Positions 8,650-16,957 of a stretch of DNA of 64,000 bases are shown one piece after another; position 1 is the stretch's first letter; every line of letters begins with the position of its first letter. Under the pieces are notes generated by a model, which saw only the letters and a program-made list of their open reading frames with translations, was not told the DNA's origin and made no database searches. The stretch spans positions 271,631-335,630 of the IMG/VR virus record IMGVR_UViG_3300042391_000634; one strand, given 5' to 3'. A program made the position numbers and the translations under genes.

Positions 8650-10140
8650 ATGAGAACAGTATTGATAGGTTCGGACTTTATGTACGACAAAGATGGTAAT
8701 TTAAAACCAATTGAAATAAATACATCAGTAGGTTGGGATGGTGCCGAAAAAGTAGAAGATGATGTAGATTGTTTAGATTTAACAAATTTATATCAATTTG
8801 TTGAGAATAACAATTTTCAAAATGTACATTATATTGGAAACATTGGTTTTTTTCACAAAACATTAGAAACACACTATAGTGGAAGTTCAGTTACATATGA
8901 ATTTCATAGTGTTAGTGCAACTGCCATTACTATACCATATATCGAAGATACAACCGATGTATTAATTATTAGAAGTGCATATGATACGACCGCATTAGTA
9001 GATGATACATATTGTAGAGATAAAATTGAATTTCTTAAATTAATTAAAGATTCTTCATTTAGTTCTCAATTTGTGTATAAAGATGAAACCAATACATTGG
9101 TTTCAAATATTACATCTATAAATGATAACGGTGAACATCCTAATTTTATACTTAAATCAATATTACCAAATTACGATATATCATTATACCCAAAATATTT
9201 TAAAGTAACGAATCAATCGGAATTAGATACTATTATTGCAAATAATGTTACTACCAATTATTTCTTAATGGAATATTTGTATAATCCAACTAAAATTTGG
9301 GGGGGACATCTGACAGTAATAAGAAGTTTAAATTTATTAGTTCCACCAAATTTAGAATCAATTCAACTTGGACAATATACAAAATTAAATCAAAATATGT
9401 TATTGACAGGTGTAACATATAATCTAACCACATTAGAAGTTGATGCAGATTTTAGATCTAGTTATAGTACACTTCCAATAATAGACAATGTTCCTAAATT
9501 GTTAGATGCAGACATGGTAGAAATGGCGGATGGTTCATTTAAAACTGCGTTGGATTTACAAGTTGGTGATAGTATTAAAACAATTGAAATTCCAAATCCG
9601 GCTGGAACTAGTATAGATAGTTATATATCATCCGAATTTGGTCTTACATATGAAACCTTATTAACTGATACAATATACACAACCAATGTCATTACCAATA
9701 AACAAAAAGTAAACACTTTAACTTTTATACGTGAATTAGTATTTGACGATAATAGTACGTGGGAAGATACATCCGCTTCACGTTATTTGATAGATAGAGC
9801 GGGTGTGGTTATGTTTAAATCTTTATTTGGAATATTTGCAGGAGATGTAGTTTTATTGTTAGATACTACCGATGAGAATATAAATTTTGTAAGAAAAACT
9901 GTTGTATCAAATACTGAATTTAAAAGAGTTTTTTCTGGATGGTTTATTTCAGTTGAGAATGCAAAATTATTCTTAACTAAAACTCCGGGTTCAACTAATA
10001 ACGAATCATTTGTTTCAATTGAACATAATAGAGCTCCTTGTCCTACCTATGCATGTAATAGTGGATGTGGATATTATTGTCCGTCTTGTCCAAAAAATCA
10101 ATCATGTGCACCGGACAATGAGTGTTCACCAATTTGTTAA
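8650..10140 (+). CDS. circularly permuted ATP-grasp domain + Hint domain + C-terminal 36-aa Cys-rich peptide
   Basis: N-terminal GSDFMYDKDGNLKPIEINT, later FILKS, YFLMEY and VIRS. Hint-like LLDADMVEMADGSFKTALDLQVGDSI ... FISVENAKLF ... IEHN. Then RAPCPTYACNSGCGYYCPSCPKNQSCAPDNECSPIC. Confidence 0.72.
   Translation: MRTVLIGSDFMYDKDGNLKPIEINTSVGWDGAEKVEDDVDCLDLTNLYQFVENNNFQNVHYIGNIGFFHKTLETHYSGSSVTYEFHSVSATAITIPYIEDTTDVLIIRSAYDTTALVDDTYCRDKIEFLKLIKDSSFSSQFVYKDETNTLVSNITSINDNGEHPNFILKSILPNYDISLYPKYFKVTNQSELDTIIANNVTTNYFLMEYLYNPTKIWGGHLTVIRSLNLLVPPNLESIQLGQYTKLNQNMLLTGVTYNLTTLEVDADFRSSYSTLPIIDNVPKLLDADMVEMADGSFKTALDLQVGDSIKTIEIPNPAGTSIDSYISSEFGLTYETLLTDTIYTTNVITNKQKVNTLTFIRELVFDDNSTWEDTSASRYLIDRAGVVMFKSLFGIFAGDVVLLLDTTDENINFVRKTVVSNTEFKRVFSGWFISVENAKLFLTKTPGSTNNESFVSIEHNRAPCPTYACNSGCGYYCPSCPKNQSCAPDNECSPIC
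9496..10029 (+). other. Hint (intein-like) domain lacking Cys1 and the block-B His but retaining terminal His-Asn
   Basis: K283 aligns to position 1, block B reads TSAS rather than TxxH, and the domain ends H459-N460. Confidence 0.68.
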
Positions 10141-10168
10141 TAATAATTCTTAAATAAAATAAAATAAA

Positions 10169-10258
10169 ATGGCAATCATAATATCAAATACCGATATCAA
10201 TACTTTAAATACCACAATGACAACAATTGGTAGTTTAATAGTAACCGCAAACTCATAA
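10169..10258 (+). CDS. 29-aa Thr/Ser/Asn/Ile-rich micro-protein
   Basis: Translated by hand: MAIIISNTDINTLNTTMTTIGSLIVTANS; A-rich leader, ATG-GCA start. Confidence 0.55.
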   Translation: MAIIISNTDINTLNTTMTTIGSLIVTANS

Positions 10259-10290
10259 TGATTTATTAATCATTTAATAATTAGTTATAT

Positions 10291-10821
10291 ATGATACACC
10301 TTATAAAAGGTATATTAACAAAAGAAGAATGTAACATTCTTAAAAACCAGTTTGATATTGATAAACAAATCAATCCATCACTAGATAAATCAAAGGTTAC
10401 AGGTAACACCTATGGGTATGAACCTTCTTATATTTTCAATGAATATTTAGATAAACTTAAATCATCTGTTTTAAAACTTAATTATAAAATAGATGATTTA
10501 AGAAATGTCAATTCATATATCAGAGAATACAAAAATAATGATTTTTTAAAAAAACATAGAGATAGAGACGATATTAGTGTTACTATGTCGATATGTGTAG
10601 AATCAACAATAAATAAAGTTTGGCCATTAAATGCTGAAATTGATGATATAGAATATTCTTTTAACACAAATGTAGGCGATGCTATTGTGTTATTTGATGC
10701 GGATAAAATATATCATTGGAGAGATATTTTAATTTGTAATCAAAATGAAAGAGTAATACAATTCTTTTTACATTGGACACCCATTATACAGATTACCAAA
10801 AAAATAAAAACAATAATATAA
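10291..10821 (+). CDS. 2OG-Fe(II) oxygenase
   Basis: LTKEEC N-terminus, HRDR (HxD), GDAIVLF, HWR. Confidence 0.8.
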   Translation: MIHLIKGILTKEECNILKNQFDIDKQINPSLDKSKVTGNTYGYEPSYIFNEYLDKLKSSVLKLNYKIDDLRNVNSYIREYKNNDFLKKHRDRDDISVTMSICVESTINKVWPLNAEIDDIEYSFNTNVGDAIVLFDADKIYHWRDILICNQNERVIQFFLHWTPIIQITKKIKTII

Positions 10822-11366
10822 TGAATTATAATTTTAAATATTATGGCCAAGTAGATGTATCTAATATCGATAATTTAATTGTAAATACCCAATTAAATTG
10901 GGATGAATACACATATAGACAAACCGATAGATATGGTCAATCCGATACTAAAACAATACCATTATTATGGTCTGAAGATTTTGTTGAAAATATAACTTGG
11001 AAATCTTATGAAATTTTTAAAGATAGTTTAATTGAAATAGAAAATAATTTAATCAATTTATTGGGAGAAGGTAAAATTGAAGTTGCACTATTAATTAATT
11101 TACCAAAAAATAAAAAAATATTACCACACATAGATTCTGGATATGAACATTTTTTTAAAACTAAAAGAATACATATACCAATTACAACAAATGATAAATG
11201 TAACTTTATGGTTGGTGAAGAAATTGTACAAATGAAACTAGGTGAAATATGGGAAATTGATAATGCAAATAAAGTACATGGTGTTAATAATGATGGGAAT
11301 ACTGATAGAATTCATTTATTAATAGACTATCAAATTTCTGACAAAAAAATAAAAACATTATTATAA
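10821..11366 (+). CDS. aspartyl/asparaginyl beta-hydroxylase-family 2OG oxygenase
   Basis: PHID, RIHIPITTN, GEIWEIDN, HGVNN, RIHLLID; start at the TAATG overlap. Confidence 0.82.
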   Translation: MNYNFKYYGQVDVSNIDNLIVNTQLNWDEYTYRQTDRYGQSDTKTIPLLWSEDFVENITWKSYEIFKDSLIEIENNLINLLGEGKIEVALLINLPKNKKILPHIDSGYEHFFKTKRIHIPITTNDKCNFMVGEEIVQMKLGEIWEIDNANKVHGVNNDGNTDRIHLLIDYQISDKKIKTLL

Positions 11367-11379
11367 ACAAAAATAAATT

Positions 11380-11961
11380 ATGGCATTTACATATACAATA
11401 GTTCCTGAATTTTTAACAAAAGAAGAATGTAATATAATATTAAATTTTTCATTAAAAGAATTAAAATTAGAACCATCTCAAATTGTTACTCATTATATGG
11501 GTGGTAATGTTGATACCGATATAAGGAAGTCAAATCAAGTATTTTTTCCATATTATAAAGAATTTCCATTTTTATTAGAAAAAATGAGTAAATTGTTAAA
11601 TAAACATATTGACGTTAAAGGATTTGATTTGGATTATGAACATAGTCAATTTCAATTTACAGAGTATAATTCAGGTGACCATTTTGGTTGGCATAGAGAT
11701 GTAATTGGTGAAAAAATTACAAATTATGATAGATATTGTTCGTTAGTGATACAATTAAATGATGAATATGAAGAAGGTGATTTACAAATAAAAGATATAG
11801 AAGATAAAACATTAACAGTTGAAAAAGGTGTTGGCAATTTAATATTATTTTTATCTAATATTGAACATAGAGTAGTGCCAGTAAAAAGTGGAGTTAGATA
11901 CACATTAGTTAATTGGGTAAAATTAATGGAAAAAAAAGATTATAAAAAAACATTATTATGA
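11380..11961 (+). CDS. PKHD/prolyl-hydroxylase-type 2OG-Fe(II) oxygenase
   Basis: QFTEY, WHRD, YEEGDL, HRVVPVKSGVRYTLVNW. Confidence 0.88.
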   Translation: MAFTYTIVPEFLTKEECNIILNFSLKELKLEPSQIVTHYMGGNVDTDIRKSNQVFFPYYKEFPFLLEKMSKLLNKHIDVKGFDLDYEHSQFQFTEYNSGDHFGWHRDVIGEKITNYDRYCSLVIQLNDEYEEGDLQIKDIEDKTLTVEKGVGNLILFLSNIEHRVVPVKSGVRYTLVNWVKLMEKKDYKKTLL

Positions 11962-11962
11962 T

Positions 11963-12274
11963 ATGAAATTAGATTTTAAAGAAATATTCACAGCTTGGTA
12001 TAATGTTGTAAATCATACTCCTGAACAAAGGGAGTTGGCAGATAAAAGATTTGCAATATGTTTAGAATGTCCATCTAAAAAAGAAATATTAGAAGGTAAA
12101 GAATGGTCTTTAAAATGTGGAGAATGTGGTTGCCCATTAAAGGCGAAAGTTTATACAAAAAAAACATATAACAATAAAGATGGTTCATGTCCACTTAATA
12201 AATGGAAAGAAATTGAAATAGAATATATAAGTAATGTCAAAACCAATTATAAAACCAAAAAAACAATTATATAA
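11963..12274 (+). CDS. small Cys-rich metal-binding protein
   Basis: RFAICLECP, CGECGCPLKAK, CPLNKW. Confidence 0.65.
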   Translation: MKLDFKEIFTAWYNVVNHTPEQRELADKRFAICLECPSKKEILEGKEWSLKCGECGCPLKAKVYTKKTYNNKDGSCPLNKWKEIEIEYISNVKTNYKTKKTII

Positions 12275-12276
12275 CA

Positions 12277-12966
12277 ATGTCGTACTTAATAAACGATAAT
12301 CTTATATGGATAATTACACCCAAATGTGCTAGCAATTCAATAGAAACAGCCCTATTAAATTCAAATTTAAAGTTAAAAACGTATAACGATACGTTAGATC
12401 CAAAATCACATATACATATACCTTTAAATGATTCATTAAATTATTTTGGTAATAAAGAAACTGTATGCATTACCAGAGATTGGTTTGGAAAATGGTTAAG
12501 TGCATTGAATTTTATTTGGGACATAATTGAATTTTATTGGGGGTTTACACCTATTTGTAAATGGGAAGATATTGATAATGATTTCATATATAATACATTC
12601 GATACGGAATTTTTGAATCATTTACATTGGATAAATGATGAGGGATATGAAAAATGTATAATTAAATTATTAAAAATTAATCAGGACGAAATTAATAACA
12701 TACCAAAAAATTTACCACCAGTAGTTATGGTTTTAATTTCTGAAAAATACTATAAAAGTAATCAAAAATGTACGTATGAATTTGATATTAAAGAGTTAGA
12801 TAAATTTGTTAAATTTATTGAAGATAGGTTTGGTGAAAAAATACAATTAGATAATTTAAACACATCGACGAAAAGACCAAATAAAATAATAATAAACGAT
12901 GAGTTAAAATCTTTTGTTTGGGAAAAATTTGAAAAACCATTTGAAAAACGAAATCAATTAATTTAA
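12277..12966 (+). CDS. sulfotransferase-like protein
   Basis: PKCASNSI (5'-PSB-like), RDWFGKWLS (3'-PB-like), late N-T-S motif. Confidence 0.62.
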   Translation: MSYLINDNLIWIITPKCASNSIETALLNSNLKLKTYNDTLDPKSHIHIPLNDSLNYFGNKETVCITRDWFGKWLSALNFIWDIIEFYWGFTPICKWEDIDNDFIYNTFDTEFLNHLHWINDEGYEKCIIKLLKINQDEINNIPKNLPPVVMVLISEKYYKSNQKCTYEFDIKELDKFVKFIEDRFGEKIQLDNLNTSTKRPNKIIINDELKSFVWEKFEKPFEKRNQLI

Positions 12967-12967
12967 T

Positions 12968-13636
12968 ATGGCAACTCTTTGGACATTTGGAGATTCGTTT
13001 ACTGCAGGTGATGGTTGTGTGCAAAATATAGCAATTAGGGATGGTGATTTTAAATATTATAATGAATATAAACAATCGGATAGTGATATATGGTCAAATA
13101 TATTAAGTAAAACTATTGGATTTGAAGTAAAAAATATGGGAAAAAGTGGAGCAAGTAATGATTATATTTTAGATTCTATTATTGACAATTTTGATATGAT
13201 AGAACCAAATGATGTGGTTATAATTGAAAAAACATTTTACCAAAGATTTGATATTCCTAAATCTGGTGGTGATATATTCCAAACAATTTATGCTGAGGGC
13301 ATCTACCAACTTTCTATTGATTTAAAAATGAACAGATACTTTTGTGAAGATAAATTAGAAAGTGAAACAATATTAAATTATGGTGTTTTATTTGCTGGTC
13401 ATAAATTATTTAAACAAAGACACGATAAACGATTTAAATTTATAAAAACCCAATTGAATAACAAAGGAAACAAAATATTAATGTGGGACGTATTGGATGT
13501 TTTAAATGGTAAATTTGAAACAATATCGGAACATACAAAAGGTAAAATAAAAGATTATCATTTTAGTTTTAATGGTCACAAAACATTTAGTGAACTTTTA
13601 TTTAAAAAATTATACACCAAACCCGAATTAATTTAA
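12968..13636 (+). CDS. SGNH-like hydrolase or acyltransferase
   Basis: FGDSF, GASN, DYHFSFNGH. Confidence 0.72.
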   Translation: MATLWTFGDSFTAGDGCVQNIAIRDGDFKYYNEYKQSDSDIWSNILSKTIGFEVKNMGKSGASNDYILDSIIDNFDMIEPNDVVIIEKTFYQRFDIPKSGGDIFQTIYAEGIYQLSIDLKMNRYFCEDKLESETILNYGVLFAGHKLFKQRHDKRFKFIKTQLNNKGNKILMWDVLDVLNGKFETISEHTKGKIKDYHFSFNGHKTFSELLFKKLYTKPELI

Positions 13637-14689
13637 ATGAACAATCAAGTTGAGTTAAAGAATTATTTTTGTAGTGTACCATTTACATCATTAGAAATAC
13701 ATAATAATGTTTGTTTTGTTTGTTGTCCATCTTGGTTACCAAACAAAGTGGAACTTAGTGAAATTCCTTTAAAAGATGTTTACAATAGTGAACCAATTAT
13801 AGATATTAGAAATTCTATTTTAGACGGTTCGTTTAAATATTGTAGTAAAGAGCTTTGTCCTTATTTAAGTAAATTAGTAAACTTTGGAGTAACATCAGGA
13901 CCCGTTACATTAAAATCACATTCAAATATTAATAGCCCTATTATAGAAAATAATACACCGAATGATTTAATAATGAATTTTGACAGGACTTGTAATTACA
14001 AATGTCCATCATGTAGAGTAGATTTAATTGTTGAAAATAGTGAAGGAATACAAAGAGTTGAAAAAACAATTGAAGATATTGACACATATTATTCAAAATA
14101 TGTAAAAACTTTGTATATAACAGGATCAGGCGACCCATTTGTTTCAGTTGGATTTAGAAATTATCTAAGAAATTTTAATCCTAAAAAATACCCAAATTTA
14201 TCATCAATACATTTTCACACCAACGCATCTATGTGGAATAAAGAAATGTGGGATAGTATGCCAAATGTACATAAATATGTTCATACGTGTGAAATTAGTA
14301 TAGATGCCGGCACCAAAGATACTTACGAAAATAAAACGAGATTAGGTGGTAATTGGGAAAACTTATTAAATAATTTAAAATTTATTAGCACTTTACCACA
14401 TATGAATGTAAAAACGTCATTTGTTGTTCAAGATACAAATTATACTGAAATGGAAACCTTTTATAATTTAATGTATTCTATATTTGGCAAAAGAGTAAAT
14501 GTATTTTTTGGTAAGATAACTAATTGGGGAACATTTTCTGACGGTGAATTTAAATTAAAACAGGTATGGGATACCGAACATCCAGAACACATGTTATTTA
14601 AAAAAGAATTTAATAAAATATGGAAAAATCAAAACCTTTTTCATAACTTATATGAATTCATAGACAATACACATACATCGTTGATATGA
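13637..14689 (+). CDS. radical SAM protein with N-terminal Cys-rich (twitch/SPASM-like) region
   Basis: CNYKCPSC (CxxxCxxC), GSGDPF, HTN, ISIDA; N-terminal CSVPF...CC...C...C. Confidence 0.85.
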   Translation: MNNQVELKNYFCSVPFTSLEIHNNVCFVCCPSWLPNKVELSEIPLKDVYNSEPIIDIRNSILDGSFKYCSKELCPYLSKLVNFGVTSGPVTLKSHSNINSPIIENNTPNDLIMNFDRTCNYKCPSCRVDLIVENSEGIQRVEKTIEDIDTYYSKYVKTLYITGSGDPFVSVGFRNYLRNFNPKKYPNLSSIHFHTNASMWNKEMWDSMPNVHKYVHTCEISIDAGTKDTYENKTRLGGNWENLLNNLKFISTLPHMNVKTSFVVQDTNYTEMETFYNLMYSIFGKRVNVFFGKITNWGTFSDGEFKLKQVWDTEHPEHMLFKKEFNKIWKNQNLFHNLYEFIDNTHTSLI

Positions 14690-14706
14690 TAGTGAAATAA
14701 AAAATA

Positions 14707-15837
14707 ATGGAAGATAATATTTTAAATAAAAAAATAAATATAAATTTTATAGACGGACCTTTTGTTAAAATAATAGAAGATACTACATTACATTATAAAA
14801 TTGAATTTATTGATAGAGATGACAATAAAATTATTTTTGAAATAGATTTAATAAGTAATAAATGGGCCAAATGTTCAAAAAAATACTTTGTAAATTGGTT
14901 AATTAAAATAAAAGGTATTGATAATGATTTTTATTATGAACATACTTTTGATTTAAACAAAAAAAGAGTTTTTGTTTTTTTAGAATCACACTTACTTGGA
15001 GATACCTTAGCTTGGATTGATCAAGTCGATAGATTTAGAATAAAAAATAAATGTGAGGTGATATGTGCAACATCCCATAATAATATCTTCAAAGAACAAT
15101 ACCCCAATATTCAATTTACATCACCTACTTTACCTAAATCAAATGAGTCTGATTTTTATGCACTATATCGATTAGGGGTTTGGCGTATTAATGATGTAAT
15201 CGATATGGATAGACATAAAATTGATCCAAGAAAATTACCATTAATACAAGTTGGTTCTGATATTTTAGGAATTAATTATAAAGAAACAAAACCAAAATTA
15301 GCAAACTTAGGTAAAACAAAACAAAAACTAGTTACAATAGGATTTCACGGTGGAGGACAATTTAAATATTGGAATAACCCGACAGGATGGCAAGAAGTTG
15401 TGAATTTTTTAAATTTAGAAGGATATGAGGTTAGATTATTATCAAATGAAGAAGATGGTTATATGGGTAATCGGCCACCAAATGGTATAACTAAACAACC
15501 AAATGGACCATTAAGTGAAATAATTAAAGTTTTACAAGAATCTGTTTTATTTATCGGTATTAGTAGTGGTTTAAGTTGGTTATCTTGGGCGGCTGGAACA
15601 CCAACAATAATAATATCGGGATTTACAGATATTCATTTAGAACCAATAAATGGAATAACAAGAATCATTAATAAAGATGTATGTAATAGTTGTTGGTCTA
15701 AATATGAATTTAAACCTCATAATTGGTATTGGTGTCCTGTTTATGCCGGTACTGAAAATAGATTTGAGTGTTCTAAATCAATAACTGGTGAAGTGGTAAT
15801 TAAAAAAGTAAAAAATTTAATTAATAATTTATCATGA
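14707..15837 (+). CDS. AAH/TibC-like (autotransporter heptosyltransferase-like) GT-B glycosyltransferase
   Basis: LLGDTLAW...FR...C, FIGISSGLSWLSW, CNSCW...WCP...FECSKSIT. Confidence 0.75.
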   Translation: MEDNILNKKININFIDGPFVKIIEDTTLHYKIEFIDRDDNKIIFEIDLISNKWAKCSKKYFVNWLIKIKGIDNDFYYEHTFDLNKKRVFVFLESHLLGDTLAWIDQVDRFRIKNKCEVICATSHNNIFKEQYPNIQFTSPTLPKSNESDFYALYRLGVWRINDVIDMDRHKIDPRKLPLIQVGSDILGINYKETKPKLANLGKTKQKLVTIGFHGGGQFKYWNNPTGWQEVVNFLNLEGYEVRLLSNEEDGYMGNRPPNGITKQPNGPLSEIIKVLQESVLFIGISSGLSWLSWAAGTPTIIISGFTDIHLEPINGITRIINKDVCNSCWSKYEFKPHNWYWCPVYAGTENRFECSKSITGEVVIKKVKNLINNLS

Positions 15838-16127
15838 TTTTAAAAGAAAAAATATTATTTAGTAAAGAGGAGTGTCAATCCATTATTTTTTATGGGGGCA
15901 ATAATATTACAAATTGGGATATTAAAGATAGAAAATATCATTCACAGCCAATTACATATTCGTTGGGAAACAAATGGTTATTTGATAAACTTAAAAAATT
16001 TTTTGAAGAACAACTAAACGCTCAAATAAAAAAAAATAAAGAAGTTATTCATTTTCATAAATTTGTAAAAGGTGATTGGTTTTTAGAAAACGAACATATA
16101 AAAATAGAAACAAATAAATTAATATGA
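15834..16127 (+). pseudogene. internally deleted 2OG-Fe(II) oxygenase remnant
   Basis: Starts like its paralogues (LFSKEEC), reaches FHKFVKGDWF, then jumps to a C-terminal tail; no HxD...H...R. Confidence 0.5.
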
Positions 16128-16927
16128 AACCATTAAAATATTGGAAAAATGACACATTTGAAATATCATCATATCAATATAAATTGGAAGATAGGGTAAA
16201 TAAAAAATATCCCACATCTGGTTCGGATAATAGTGGTAAATGTCTTTATACTTACAATGAACTTGGTTTTAGAGGTGATAGTATTAAGAAACAAGGGTTT
16301 AAAGTAATGTCATTAGGTTGTTCAGTTACCGAAGGTGTTGGTGTAAATGACAATCAAACGTGGTCATCACAATTTGTAAATTTATTAACTAATGGGGTTG
16401 ATATGAATTTTGGTACAGGAGGTAGAAGTAATGACTTTATTTCGAGATGCTTATTATCATATTATGATATCATAAAACCAGATTTAGTTTTAGTTATGTA
16501 TACTTCACCAACTAGAAGAGAATATTATACCGAAAATAATGGAGTTGAACCATTTGTGGTTGGTAGTAAATGGGGTTGGTATGAACACCAAGAAGATGGT
16601 AGAAAGGCACATAAAATGTTATTTGAATTACAAAATGATAATGAAGATTTTATCAATTGGTATAAAAATCATTTATTAATTAAATATTTTTTAGAGTCTA
16701 AAGGTTGTAATTGGTTATGGAATGGTTGGTTTGACATACCAAAAGAATATGAAGAATTTAATAGATTTGATGGTGGTTATGAAAGATTTTTAGATTTAGG
16801 TGTAGATAATGGGCATCCAGGTCCAAACCACAATAAAACCTATGCACACAAACTACATGATTTTATAACAAAAAATTTCCCAAACTACATAAATAATTTA
16901 CCGAAAAATAAGCAAAATTTGATTTGA
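16124..16927 (+). CDS. SGNH-like hydrolase
   Basis: YNELGFRG, LGCSVTEG, GRSN, GHPGP. Confidence 0.72.
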   Translation: MKPLKYWKNDTFEISSYQYKLEDRVNKKYPTSGSDNSGKCLYTYNELGFRGDSIKKQGFKVMSLGCSVTEGVGVNDNQTWSSQFVNLLTNGVDMNFGTGGRSNDFISRCLLSYYDIIKPDLVLVMYTSPTRREYYTENNGVEPFVVGSKWGWYEHQEDGRKAHKMLFELQNDNEDFINWYKNHLLIKYFLESKGCNWLWNGWFDIPKEYEEFNRFDGGYERFLDLGVDNGHPGPNHNKTYAHKLHDFITKNFPNYINNLPKNKQNLI

Positions 16928-16957
16928 TTTTCAATTTATTTTCATTATATTATACCA

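Noticed and set aside
9496-10029. Canonical splicing intein or mobile element
   Set aside because: No Cys/Ser at position 1, no TxxH, Arg at +1 and no endonuclease domain; treated as a cleavage-only Hint.
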